Shown in pieces: positions 16,269 through 26,217 of a stretch of DNA of 64,000 nt. Source of the stretch: a virus; IMG/VR virus record IMGVR_UViG_3300025127_007327, positions 1 to 64,000 of that record; one strand, written 5' to 3'. The notes beneath the pieces were generated by a model. That model had not been told where the DNA came from. It ran no database searches and saw only the letters and a list, made by a program, of their open reading frames with translations. Position numbers and translations under genes: made by a program. The number at the start of each line of letters is the position of its first letter. Positions within the stretch are counted from its first letter, which is position 1.

Positions 16269-16744
16269 TGGCAAGACAACAAGTTGATAGCACATATTTT
16301 GAGAAGTGGAACCCAAACGTAGATTATAGCAAGCACCCTGAGCTTTATAGAATTGGACGAGGACAACAGGGTGTTCTTATCTGTGAACCTTATAAGTCAA
16401 AGATTTGTGCTTACTGGCGATTTAAAACCGTCAGGGAAGCACAAGTATCAAGTCAAAATATCTTAGAAATGTTTTACACATACATTAACGAGGGAGATTT
16501 TGTTGGTGCCGATATGGCTAAAAAGTTTTTACACATGGGTTTTACTCGTGCCCGTCGTTATGCAAACCATCGCGATGGTAGAAAATATAATGATGACGGT
16601 ACGATTATTCCACAGGAGCCTGACGCCTTGACATGTGAAAAAGCACAATCAGCAAGAATCTTTTACTCTGCATGGAAAGAGGCTCGCGAAAACAAAAAAT
16701 ATCTTCAAATGAAATTAGAACATAAAAGTTTATATGGTTATTAA
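16268..16744 (+). CDS. DUF4385-like protein
   Basis: HPELYRIGRGQQGVL..EPYKS, WRFKT, GADMAKKFLHMGFTRARRYANH. Confidence 0.8.
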   Translation: MARQQVDSTYFEKWNPNVDYSKHPELYRIGRGQQGVLICEPYKSKICAYWRFKTVREAQVSSQNILEMFYTYINEGDFVGADMAKKFLHMGFTRARRYANHRDGRKYNDDGTIIPQEPDALTCEKAQSARIFYSAWKEARENKKYLQMKLEHKSLYGY

Positions 16745-16781
16745 AAGGTATTAAATACTATTTAATTTTAGCGAGTCTAGT

Positions 16782-18122
16782 ATGGCTAAAAAAAATTATG
16801 TGTTAGATACAAGCGTCTGCTTAACCGACGCTGACGTACTTTTTAAATTTGATAATCACGATATATTCTTACCATTAAAAGTTTTAGAAGAAATTGATGG
16901 ACATAAAAAGCGCCAAGATTCTGTGGGCGCTAATGCAAGAAAAATCATACGAATTTTAGATGATTATCGTTCAAAAGGCAGTTTAGAGAAAGGTATTCGT
17001 ATTGATAAAGGTAAAGGTATTTTAAAAGTAGTATCGTTTACTGATTTAAAACAAGTCATCTTTCCACCTGATTTAGACTTACGACACCCTGATCATGTAA
17101 TTATTGCAACTGCTAAAACCATTCAAGCAAATAAAGATAATCGTAAAACTATTGTGGTTTCTCGCGATATTAACATGCGAGTTATTTGTGATTCAGTTGG
17201 AATTACAGCCGAAGATTACGTTTCAGAAAAAGCTGTAACATCATCCGACGATCTTTATAATGGATTTGTTGTGGCTAATTTTGATGATGAAGTAATCGAT
17301 AGATTTTATTCTGGAGAAGACATATATCCACAAAGTCTTAGCGAGGAGATGTCTGGAATTATTTATCCAAATCAATATGTCATGATGGTTAGTAATGCTA
17401 ATGAAAAAAAATCTGCGTTAGCTAGGTTTAAATCAGAGCATGAGCCACTGTCTAAAATAGTTCATAAAACATTACCTGATTGGAAAATTGAATCTAGAAA
17501 TAAAGAACAAGCATTCGCAATTGATATGCTTATGGATCCAAAAATTAAAATCATTTCTCTCGTCGGTCGTGCTGGATCTGGTAAGACACTTTTAGCTATT
17601 GCGGCCGGTCTGCAGCAAACAATTGGCTTAAGACAAGATGAGAATAATTATTCAAGACTTATTGTATCACGACCAGTTCAACCACTTGGTAAAGATATAG
17701 GTTACTTACCCGGAACTATGGAAGAGAAAATGTTACCGTGGTTAATGCCCATTCAGGATAATTTAAAGTTTCTAATGGGAGATCGTACATCACTTGAAAT
17801 GTATATGGAAAAAGGTAAAATTGAGATAGAGGCACTTACATATATCCGCGGTCGCTCGATCTCAAATGCTTTTATCGTAATTGATGAAGCTCAAAATTTA
17901 ACAAAACATGAAATTAAGACTATTATTACTCGTATTGGTGAAGGTACAAAAATAGTTTTGACTGGAGATGTTGAACAGATTGATAATGTGTATGTTAATG
18001 AAACATCTAACGGATTAGCACATGCTGTTGAAAGTTTCAAAAGTTATCATATTTCAGGACACATGACATTCCGAAAGGGTGAACGATCTGAACTTGCCAC
18101 TCTAGCATCAAAAGTTTTGTAA
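16782..18122 (+). CDS. phoH: PIN-domain PhoH-family ATPase (PhoH2 type)
   Basis: YVLDTS PIN start; GRAGSGKT; IGYLPG; YIRGRS; IDEAQN; GDVEQID. Confidence 0.93.
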   Translation: MAKKNYVLDTSVCLTDADVLFKFDNHDIFLPLKVLEEIDGHKKRQDSVGANARKIIRILDDYRSKGSLEKGIRIDKGKGILKVVSFTDLKQVIFPPDLDLRHPDHVIIATAKTIQANKDNRKTIVVSRDINMRVICDSVGITAEDYVSEKAVTSSDDLYNGFVVANFDDEVIDRFYSGEDIYPQSLSEEMSGIIYPNQYVMMVSNANEKKSALARFKSEHEPLSKIVHKTLPDWKIESRNKEQAFAIDMLMDPKIKIISLVGRAGSGKTLLAIAAGLQQTIGLRQDENNYSRLIVSRPVQPLGKDIGYLPGTMEEKMLPWLMPIQDNLKFLMGDRTSLEMYMEKGKIEIEALTYIRGRSISNAFIVIDEAQNLTKHEIKTIITRIGEGTKIVLTGDVEQIDNVYVNETSNGLAHAVESFKSYHISGHMTFRKGERSELATLASKVL

Positions 18123-18165
18123 ACAAAAAATCAATAATTTATTATAATATTATAGGAAGGTTATT

Positions 18166-18456
18166 ATGAATGAAGAAAAAGTTATTACTGAAAAAGAATA
18201 CAATCGCGAAGACTTGTTGAGTGTAGTTGTGCAACAAGACTCAGAGCTTAAAGAACACCTTGTAAAATACGTTGGTGAAAAGTTTGATCGTGAGGAAGTA
18301 ACTGTACATATGATTGCAGAAATTATGGCGCATGAATTCCCCGAGTTTATGGTTTCAGTAGCAGAGGAAAACTTTTTACGTGGATATAAATTAGGACTAG
18401 ACGATGGAACAGAACTCCTTAATAAGCAGAATGAAGGAAGCCACTCAGAAGAGTAA
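18166..18456 (+). CDS. Hypothetical protein (96 aa)
   Basis: RBS; AEENFLRGY. Confidence 0.7.
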   Translation: MNEEKVITEKEYNREDLLSVVVQQDSELKEHLVKYVGEKFDREEVTVHMIAEIMAHEFPEFMVSVAEENFLRGYKLGLDDGTELLNKQNEGSHSEE

Positions 18457-19108
18457 CGTAGATTTTTATACTCCAAATGGCTTACATGTTTATTTTAAAG
18501 ATGAATTATTAAATGATGATTTAAATGTTGAGAAAGTAATTTCTAAATTTGAATCTCTCTTACCAAAAGACTTTTCTTCTCTTATAGAGATGATTATAGT
18601 TGGTCAATTTGAAGAATTTGAGGAACGTTCAATTAATGCTTTCTATGATTCTGGAACAATTTACGTATCAAATATACAAGACGATTTTAATGACTTATTA
18701 GATGACATTATCCATGAAACCGCTCATGCTGTTGAGGAACAGTATGGATTTGAAATTTACGGTGATAGAAAAATACATGATGAGTTCTTACAAAAAAGAA
18801 TGTTCTTACACGATTTACTTTGGAATATGGACTATCGAGCGCCTCGTTCGTTTTTTAAAGATGTAGAATTTAATCAAGAATTTGATGATTTTCTTTTTAA
18901 AAAAGTTGGATATGATAATTTTAGAAAAGCATCATCTGGAGTATTTTTAACTCCATATGCAGCTACATCACTACGTGAATATTTTGCTACTGCATTTACA
19001 GAGTATTACATGGACTCAAATCACAAGTTTTTATCAAAGGTAGCAAAAGCCCCATTTGAAAAAATAATTTCAATTAGCGAACAAAATGAAGTTGACAATT
19101 ATTACTAG
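18404..19108 (+). CDS. HExxH zinc-metallopeptidase-like protein
   Basis: IIHETAHAVE; YAATSLREYFA. Confidence 0.65.
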   Translation: MEQNSLISRMKEATQKSNVDFYTPNGLHVYFKDELLNDDLNVEKVISKFESLLPKDFSSLIEMIIVGQFEEFEERSINAFYDSGTIYVSNIQDDFNDLLDDIIHETAHAVEEQYGFEIYGDRKIHDEFLQKRMFLHDLLWNMDYRAPRSFFKDVEFNQEFDDFLFKKVGYDNFRKASSGVFLTPYAATSLREYFATAFTEYYMDSNHKFLSKVAKAPFEKIISISEQNEVDNYY

Positions 19109-19120
19109 ACCTGTTACATT
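19092..19120 (+). promoter_or_regulatory. sigma70-type promoter
   Basis: TTGACA-N17-TACATT with extended -10 TG. Confidence 0.65.
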
Positions 19121-19139
19121 AAATTAAAAAGGTATTATT

Positions 19140-19901
19140 ATGTCTCATATTTCTTACTCCGAACTTAAAGATTGGAGTTTTTGTGCTTTTTACCACAAGC
19201 TCACTCGTATTGATGGCATTGATGGCTTCACTGGTAATGAATATACAGCATTCGGTTCTGCTATTCATTCTGTGTGTGAGAAAAAATTACTCAATGAAGA
19301 AATTGAAGAAGATTTTTTTGTAAAAGAACTTAAAAAGAACATTGCAGAACTTGAAGATGATGTAGATAACAAGCTTGTTCATCAAATGATGAAGCAAGGT
19401 GGCAATATTATTCCAGAAATTGATGATGCACTTTCTGAATACTTTGAAGAGTTTGAGGTCTTAGCTGTTGAAATGCCACTGTATGAGCCAATTGAAGGTG
19501 AAGACAAACTGTTTAAAGGATACATCGATGCAGTGGTAGCTACCCCTGATGGAAAAGTTCACATTTTTGATTGGAAGACCTGCTCTTGGGGTTGGGATTC
19601 ACGTAAAAAAAGTGACAAAATGGTGACATATCAATTAACTTTGTATAAACACTTCTTTTGTCAAAAAATGGACATCGATCCAAAAGACGTAGAAACTCAC
19701 TTTGCACTACTTAAACGTACAGCTAAGAAAAACAATGTAGAATTTTTTAGAGTTACAAGCGGACCTAAAAAAACAGAGAATGCTCTTAAACTTTTAAACA
19801 CCGCACTGTACAATATTAAAAATCAACGATACATCAAAAACAGGCTATCCTGTACTGGTGGATATGGTTGTAAGTTTTATAAGACAGAACACTGTCCTTG
19901 A
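19140..19901 (+). CDS. PD-(D/E)xK Cas4/RecB-like exonuclease
   Basis: ISYSEL, GSAIH, GYIDAV, IFDWKT, QLTLY; one N-terminal plus three C-terminal Cys. Confidence 0.88.
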   Translation: MSHISYSELKDWSFCAFYHKLTRIDGIDGFTGNEYTAFGSAIHSVCEKKLLNEEIEEDFFVKELKKNIAELEDDVDNKLVHQMMKQGGNIIPEIDDALSEYFEEFEVLAVEMPLYEPIEGEDKLFKGYIDAVVATPDGKVHIFDWKTCSWGWDSRKKSDKMVTYQLTLYKHFFCQKMDIDPKDVETHFALLKRTAKKNNVEFFRVTSGPKKTENALKLLNTALYNIKNQRYIKNRLSCTGGYGCKFYKTEHCP

Positions 19902-19908
19902 GGAATAA

Positions 19909-21192
19909 ATGAAAAAACATAAAATTTTAGTTTTGTCTGATCATCCTCTCTCACCTTCCGGTGTGGGTACACAGACAAAATATATGATTGAAGCACTTTT
20001 AAAAACCGGAAGATATAAATTTGTTTGTCTAGGTGGAGCAATAAAGCATGCTGACTACACACCACAAAAAGTAGAACCATGGGGTGATGATTTTGTCGTT
20101 ATACCAGTTGACAATTACGGAAATGATGAAACTATTAGATCAGTTCTGAGAAAAGAGAAGCCAGATGTGCTTTGGTTTATGACAGACCCAAGATTTTATG
20201 AATGGCTTTGGCAAATGGAAGACGAAGTTAGAGCTTTGGTTCCTATGGTTTACTATCATGTTTGGGACAATTTCCCAGTGCCAATGTATAATAAACAATT
20301 TTACGATTCAACTGACTATGTTGTGTCGATATCAAAGGTTACAGAAAAAATTGTTAGCACTGCATCGCCAGATTCGTTTGCTGCACATATACCACATGCT
20401 GTTAATCCAACATTTTTTAAGAGATATACAGACGCAGAAAACTTAGAAAAAGTAAGAAATATTAGAACTAATCTAATAAATTCTAGCAATGTTTATAACA
20501 ATCCAAGAAAAAAGGTATTCTTTTGGAACAATAGAAACGCTAGACGCAAGCAGTCTGGAACTCTTATATGGTGGTTCAAAGAATGGCTCGATAAGGTTGG
20601 TCATGATAAAGCGATGCTATTAATGCACACTGACGCTCAAGATCCACATGGGCAAGACTTGCCCCATATTTTACAACATCTCGGTCTTAATCAAGGTCAA
20701 ATATTGCTTTCGACTACAAAAGTTGGTGCTCAAGAACTTTCAGTGATGTATAATGCTGCTGATTATACAATTAATATCTCTGATGCTGAAGGTTTTGGCT
20801 TATCCACACTTGAATCAATGTCGTGTGGAACTCCAATTATTGTAAACATGACAGGTGGTCTACAAGATCAGGTTACTGATGGTTCAAATTGGTTTGGCTG
20901 GGGAATTAAGCCCACTTCAAAGACTATTATTGGTTCACTACAGGTGCCCTACATCTACGAAGATAGAATTTCTCAAAAAGATTTTGAAGCAACACTAAAC
21001 AAAGCATTAAAATTAAGCAAGAAAAAGTATTCAGAATTATCTGATAAATGTGTCCAGCATGTAAAAGATAACTTTAATTTTGAAACTTTTGAAAAATCTT
21101 GGATTGAATTTTTCGACAGGGTTATTGAAGAATCTGGTTCTTGGGAAACAAGAAAAAATTATGACAGATGGCACTTGATGGAGGTAGCATGA
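19909..21192 (+). CDS. Glycosyltransferase (GT-B, GT4-like)
   Basis: NNRNARRK; DAEGFGLSTLESMSCGTPII. Confidence 0.9.
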   Translation: MKKHKILVLSDHPLSPSGVGTQTKYMIEALLKTGRYKFVCLGGAIKHADYTPQKVEPWGDDFVVIPVDNYGNDETIRSVLRKEKPDVLWFMTDPRFYEWLWQMEDEVRALVPMVYYHVWDNFPVPMYNKQFYDSTDYVVSISKVTEKIVSTASPDSFAAHIPHAVNPTFFKRYTDAENLEKVRNIRTNLINSSNVYNNPRKKVFFWNNRNARRKQSGTLIWWFKEWLDKVGHDKAMLLMHTDAQDPHGQDLPHILQHLGLNQGQILLSTTKVGAQELSVMYNAADYTINISDAEGFGLSTLESMSCGTPIIVNMTGGLQDQVTDGSNWFGWGIKPTSKTIIGSLQVPYIYEDRISQKDFEATLNKALKLSKKKYSELSDKCVQHVKDNFNFETFEKSWIEFFDRVIEESGSWETRKNYDRWHLMEVA

Positions 21193-22454
21193 AAAAAAGC
21201 GTATTATTAGTTGGACCACTTCTTACGAGAAGCGGCTATGGAGAACAAGCACGTTTTGCTCTTAGATCTTTGAGAAGTAGAGAGGATTTATTCGATATTT
21301 ATATTCGGCCGATAACTTGGGGTCATACATCATGGATGACTGAGGATAACGAAGAGCGCCGATGGATTGATGAAACAATTGAAAAAACAATTGCTTACAT
21401 GCAACAAGGTGGTCAATTCGATATGTCTTTACAGGTTACTATACCAAATGAATTTCAAGTGATTGCTAGAGAAAATGTTGGCTATACAGCAGGTATTGAA
21501 ACTACTCACTGTGCTGCACTGTGGATTGAAAAGTGTAATGGAATGAATCGTAATATCGTAGTTTCTAACCATTCAAAAGAGATTATGGATTCCACCGCCT
21601 TTGAAGTTCAAAATAATCAAACAGGAGAAGTTACAGGCACTTTAAGAAATCAAAGAGATTTATTTACTGTGAATTACCCAGTTAAGACTTTTGAAGAATT
21701 ACCAGAGTTAGAATTAAATTTGAAACATGATTTTAACTTTCTTGTAGTTGCACAATTTGGACCTCGTAAAAATTTGGAAAATACAATCAACTGGTTTTTA
21801 AATGAATTTAAAGATGAAGAGGTTGGTATGATTGTTAAAACAAATGTTGCAAAAAATTGTCTAATTGATAGAGAAACATGCATGAATAATATTAGACAAA
21901 TTATTAATTCTGCAAATGTTCCAGAACGCAAGTGCTCTGTTCACTTACTGCATGGTCACATGACTGAGGAAGAAATGCACAGTTTATACTTACATGATAA
22001 AGTTAGTGCATTCGTAGCCTTACCTCACGGTGAAGGCTTTGGATTGCCCATTTTTGAGGCGTCTTATAGTGGTTTGCCAGTTGTATCAGTTGGTTGGTCT
22101 GGACAAAAAGACTTTCTTTATGATGATGATGGTAAAGCCCACTTCTATGAAGTCTCATATGATATGGTTCAAGTCCCCCCAGAAGCTGTCTGGAAGGATG
22201 TTATTGAACAAACAGCAGGATGGTGTGCTGCAAGAGAACAATCGGCTAGAGAACAAATGAGAGCGTGTTACGAAGATATTGTAAACAAGAACGAAGATAG
22301 TATTGCACATGGTGCTTGTGATAGATCAGCACAATTGAGAGAACAATTTTCTGAAGAAAAAATGCATGAAATGTTTGTGAAGTCTTTTACTGGTGAGATC
22401 AAAACAGAAGCCATCAAAGAAGAGGTCGATGAGCTTTTGGCGGACTTAATATAA
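21189..22454 (+). CDS. Glycosyltransferase (GT-B, GT4-like)
   Basis: TRSGYG; RKNL; HGEGFGLPIFEA..SGLPV..WSGQ. Confidence 0.9.
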   Translation: MKKSVLLVGPLLTRSGYGEQARFALRSLRSREDLFDIYIRPITWGHTSWMTEDNEERRWIDETIEKTIAYMQQGGQFDMSLQVTIPNEFQVIARENVGYTAGIETTHCAALWIEKCNGMNRNIVVSNHSKEIMDSTAFEVQNNQTGEVTGTLRNQRDLFTVNYPVKTFEELPELELNLKHDFNFLVVAQFGPRKNLENTINWFLNEFKDEEVGMIVKTNVAKNCLIDRETCMNNIRQIINSANVPERKCSVHLLHGHMTEEEMHSLYLHDKVSAFVALPHGEGFGLPIFEASYSGLPVVSVGWSGQKDFLYDDDGKAHFYEVSYDMVQVPPEAVWKDVIEQTAGWCAAREQSAREQMRACYEDIVNKNEDSIAHGACDRSAQLREQFSEEKMHEMFVKSFTGEIKTEAIKEEVDELLADLI

Positions 22455-22456
22455 CC

Positions 22457-23344
22457 GTGGAAAAAGAAATAAAATACATATTTCTTGCAGATGCTTTCTC
22501 AGAACACTTTCAAGGTGGAGCAGAGTTTACTACATCAGCACTATTTGATGGCGGTATTGAACACATTATCGAAAAAACTGGTGGTAAAGATTTTGTTCTG
22601 GGTAAACTAATTTCTGAAGAATTAAGCCTTAACGTATTAGAAAAATATAAAAATGTGCATTTCGTAATTGGTAATTTTCATTATCTTAAAGACGAGCATA
22701 AAATATTTTTCTGCAAGAATATATCTTATTCAATATTAGAATATGATTATAAACTATGTGATTATCGGTCACCACAAATACACAAGCTTGCAGAAGGCAA
22801 ACACTGTGATTGTGCTGAAAGAGTTAGTGGAAAATTAAATGCCGCTTTTTATAGCTATGCTAAAAATGTCTGGTTTATGAGTGATGCACAGCGACAGTAC
22901 TTTTTAGAAAACATTAAAACACTTAAAGAAGAAAATTGTAGAGTGCTAAGTTCAGTATTTGATAGGCGCGACTTAGACTTTATTGAATCTATAAAAGATA
23001 ATAAAAAAGACGAAAAATATTTAATTTTAGGTTCTGATTTTCCAATTAAAAACACACAAGGTTGTGTAAAATACGCTAAAGAAAATAATTTAGAGTATGA
23101 AATAATTAAAGGCTTGCCTTATCATGAATTATTAATTAAACTTTCAACATCTAAAGGTTTGATTTTTCAACCACTTGGATTTGATACATGCCCTAGACTT
23201 GTCATTGAAGCAAAAATTTTAGGTTGCGATCTTATTTTAAGTGATTATGTTCAACACCAGAATGAAGAATGGTTTGCTACTAAAGAGTCAACAGTTGAAC
23301 ACATGCGCTCAAGAGTAGAAGCATTTTGGAGTCACTATGAGTAA
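22457..23344 (+). CDS. Glycosyltransferase-like (GT-B)
   Basis: GGAE N-terminal motif; DTCPRLVIEAKILGC. Confidence 0.75.
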   Translation: MEKEIKYIFLADAFSEHFQGGAEFTTSALFDGGIEHIIEKTGGKDFVLGKLISEELSLNVLEKYKNVHFVIGNFHYLKDEHKIFFCKNISYSILEYDYKLCDYRSPQIHKLAEGKHCDCAERVSGKLNAAFYSYAKNVWFMSDAQRQYFLENIKTLKEENCRVLSSVFDRRDLDFIESIKDNKKDEKYLILGSDFPIKNTQGCVKYAKENNLEYEIIKGLPYHELLIKLSTSKGLIFQPLGFDTCPRLVIEAKILGCDLILSDYVQHQNEEWFATKESTVEHMRSRVEAFWSHYE

Positions 23345-24029
23345 AAAAACTATTGTTGTTATGGGAAATGGTCCCTCGCTTAAGGAAGTTGATTTTGAAA
23401 TGCTCAGGGGTTTTGATACCTTTGGGCTTAACTCAGCTTATAGAGCTTACGAAAGAATGGATTGGTGGCCGAAATACCACGGTTGCTATGATTTTAGAGT
23501 AACTCTTAATCACAGGGAAAGTTTTGAAAATTTAATTGATAATACACCAATTGAAAAATGTTTTTATGTAAAAGATATTAGTGATTCAGAAGGGTTTCAG
23601 TATGTGAACCTACAGCCATTTGGTAGTATGAATAAGTGGAACAATAACACTGATGATTTTGTTGAGTTCAATGATAATGGAAACTCTGGAGCTAACGCTT
23701 GCTCTACCGCTGTTTGTTTAGGATATGAAAGAATTATCCTTTTAGGCGTTGATTGTAATTATGTTGAATTTGTAGATGGTTGTGTTCGTGATGGACCCGG
23801 CTTAAAAATGGAAAAAACACCCGATGAAAATCCAAATTACTGGTTTGCTGATTACCAGCAAGAAGGTGACGAATATAATGTGCCTAGAGGTTTAGATTTG
23901 CACCTGCCCACTTGGAACTATTTTGCTTATCGTGCAATTTGGAATAATATTGAGGTCGTTAATTGTAGTCCTGTATCAAATTTGAACTGCTTCAAAAAAA
24001 TGAGTTTGGAAGAGGCACTAGCTTTATAA
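23337..24029 (+). CDS. GT42/CstII- or Maf(DUF115)-like ulosonate transferase fold
   Basis: VVMGNGPSLKEVD...FGLN; NSG...LGYERIILLGVD. Confidence 0.7.
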   Translation: MSKKTIVVMGNGPSLKEVDFEMLRGFDTFGLNSAYRAYERMDWWPKYHGCYDFRVTLNHRESFENLIDNTPIEKCFYVKDISDSEGFQYVNLQPFGSMNKWNNNTDDFVEFNDNGNSGANACSTAVCLGYERIILLGVDCNYVEFVDGCVRDGPGLKMEKTPDENPNYWFADYQQEGDEYNVPRGLDLHLPTWNYFAYRAIWNNIEVVNCSPVSNLNCFKKMSLEEALAL

Positions 24030-24448
24030 TGTTTGATAAGATTTATTCTAATGTCGAAAAGAATAAGCTTTTGCATATTGTGTGTAGACCTGCAGAACTT
24101 AAAGATGTGAGAAATGATATCGTAGAAGAAGAAGAATATCTGCAACTTGCTATATTAAACTTTAATAAAGGTAAGACTTTTAAGCCTCATAAACATATTT
24201 ATAAGCCAGTTCCTAGTCAAGCAATAGCTCAAGAATCGTGGGTTGTGATGACTGGAAGAGTTGAAGCTATATTCTACGATTTAGATGATACTATTGTTGA
24301 AACAAGGATTTTAGAGGCTGGTGATCTATCAATTACTTTATTTGGTGGACACAATTATAGAATTTTAGAAGATAACACTCTGGTTCTTGAGTACAAAACT
24401 GGACCTTATTACGGACAATCAGCGGATAAAGATTTTATAGGAGAGTAA
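24029..24448 (+). CDS. Cupin-fold sugar isomerase-like protein (WbuC-like)
   Basis: PHKH...QESWVV..G...GGHNY...LEYKTGPY. Confidence 0.7.
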   Translation: MFDKIYSNVEKNKLLHIVCRPAELKDVRNDIVEEEEYLQLAILNFNKGKTFKPHKHIYKPVPSQAIAQESWVVMTGRVEAIFYDLDDTIVETRILEAGDLSITLFGGHNYRILEDNTLVLEYKTGPYYGQSADKDFIGE

Positions 24449-24449
24449 A

Positions 24450-25079
24450 GTGGCTTGGGATAACTGGCTTAACGAAAAAAGGTTTACGTTATTTCGTAGT
24501 GCTATTATACAAGAGCAGTTTATACAATGTATTATAGACCACACAAAAAAAGGTGGCAGTATACTGGAAGCTGGTTTTGGATTTGGCACAACAACAGAAC
24601 TGTTAAGAGATTTAGACTTTGACATAACCGGGTTTGATCTTGAAGAAATAGCAGTCAAACAAACTGGTGACAGGTATCCGCACTTAAAAGACAGTCTCTA
24701 TGTTGGAAATATACTTGAACGTCAAACATACACTAAATTTTACGATACAATTATACACCAAGGAGTTCTAGAACATTTTTGTGATTCTGAAATTCTTGAT
24801 ATTTTATTGATACAAGCTGAGAAGTGTAAAAAAATAATATTTGATGTTCCAAATTGCTTAAGAGAATGCACTGATGACGAGGGTGACGGCACCAGATTTG
24901 AAACACCAGAATTTTGGGAGTCCATGATATCTAAAGCTGGTCTTGAATTTAAAAGATATGGCAGAACTTATGATTATGGAAATGATTTACTGCCGAAAGA
25001 ACTTTTAAAATATGATTCTGATTTAATGAAAAGAGTTGGTAGATCAAGTATGTTTGTAGTTGAGGGATTGATTAAATGA
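24450..25079 (+). CDS. Class I SAM-dependent methyltransferase
   Basis: ILEAGFGFG; HQGVLEHF. Confidence 0.85.
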   Translation: MAWDNWLNEKRFTLFRSAIIQEQFIQCIIDHTKKGGSILEAGFGFGTTTELLRDLDFDITGFDLEEIAVKQTGDRYPHLKDSLYVGNILERQTYTKFYDTIIHQGVLEHFCDSEILDILLIQAEKCKKIIFDVPNCLRECTDDEGDGTRFETPEFWESMISKAGLEFKRYGRTYDYGNDLLPKELLKYDSDLMKRVGRSSMFVVEGLIK

Positions 25080-25630
25080 AACTTAATCTAGGTTGCGGCC
25101 GCACCAATATATCCGGCTTCATTAATGTAGATATTAATAAAGATCCACATGTTCATATATCTACAGATGTTACAAACTTAAATATGTTTACTGATGAATG
25201 TGTCGATTTAATTTATGCTAGTGCTTTATTTCAATATTTTGATTTTCAGCAAGGCGTTCAGGCATTAACTGAATGGTATCGTATTTTAAAAACTGGAGGA
25301 GTTCTTAGAATTTCTACTGTTGACTTTGATAAGCTTTTAGAAGTGTATAATAAGTATGATAAAAATATTGACAAAATCATTGGACCAATGTATGGTAGAA
25401 TTTATATAAATAATGATGATCTTGGTACTGATAAAGTTTACCATACTTCTGTTTACACACAAACAAAACTCTTAGGTGTTTTAAAAGAGGTAGGTTTTCA
25501 AACAATTAAACCATACGATTGGAAAAATTCAATACATGCAGAATATGATGATCAAAGTCAATCATACTATCCTCACATGGATAAAGAAAACGGAATACAT
25601 ATTATGCAAAATTGGGAGGCAACCAAGTGA
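25076..25630 (+). CDS. SAM-dependent methyltransferase (Methyltransf_11-like)
   Basis: KLNLGCG; EWYRILKTGGVL. Confidence 0.85.
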   Translation: MKLNLGCGRTNISGFINVDINKDPHVHISTDVTNLNMFTDECVDLIYASALFQYFDFQQGVQALTEWYRILKTGGVLRISTVDFDKLLEVYNKYDKNIDKIIGPMYGRIYINNDDLGTDKVYHTSVYTQTKLLGVLKEVGFQTIKPYDWKNSIHAEYDDQSQSYYPHMDKENGIHIMQNWEATK

Positions 25631-26217
25631 GTTTTGACGACATAAAAACATTTGAACAGCAAATTGCAGACTTTTTTGGTTCCCCATATGCTGTAGCTGT
25701 GGATTGCTGCACACACGGAATAGAATTGTGCCTGAGAGAACAAAATATTTCAATGTTTACAGTGCCGAAAAGAACGTATATCTCAGTTCCATTTTTAGCA
25801 CATAAGCTTAATATTGCTTTTAATTGGCGTAATGAGGACTGGAAAGATTATTACTATCTGGGCGGTACAAATATCATTGATGCTGCTGTATTATGGAAAG
25901 AGAACTCTTACATATCAGGAACGTTCATGTGCCTGAGCTTTCAATATAGAAAGCATTTAAGTCTTGGTCGTGGTGGCATGATATTGACTGACAATAAATC
26001 TGCAGCAGATAGACTTAAAAAGATGAGCTACGATGGAAGAAGCCCTGATATACCGTGGAGAGAACAAAATATAAAAACATTTGGCTATCATTATTACATG
26101 ACCCCCGAAACTGCGGCACTTGGCATTAAAAAGCTTCCTGAAGCTATTAGTACACCACCTAAGCAGTGGACAGTTGAAGACTGGCCAGATTTATCAAAAA
26201 TGGAGATTTTTAAATGA
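25627..26217 (+). CDS. Short DegT/DnrJ/EryC1/StrS PLP-dependent enzyme
   Basis: AVAVDCCTHG, IIDAA, SFQYRKHL..GRGGMI, GYHYYM. Confidence 0.8.
   Translation: MSFDDIKTFEQQIADFFGSPYAVAVDCCTHGIELCLREQNISMFTVPKRTYISVPFLAHKLNIAFNWRNEDWKDYYYLGGTNIIDAAVLWKENSYISGTFMCLSFQYRKHLSLGRGGMILTDNKSAADRLKKMSYDGRSPDIPWREQNIKTFGYHYYMTPETAALGIKKLPEAISTPPKQWTVEDWPDLSKMEIFK

Noticed and set aside
19140-19901. Cas4-like gene as part of a CRISPR-Cas system
   Set aside because: Solo Cas4/RecB-like nucleases are common in phages; no array, cas1 or cas2 in the window
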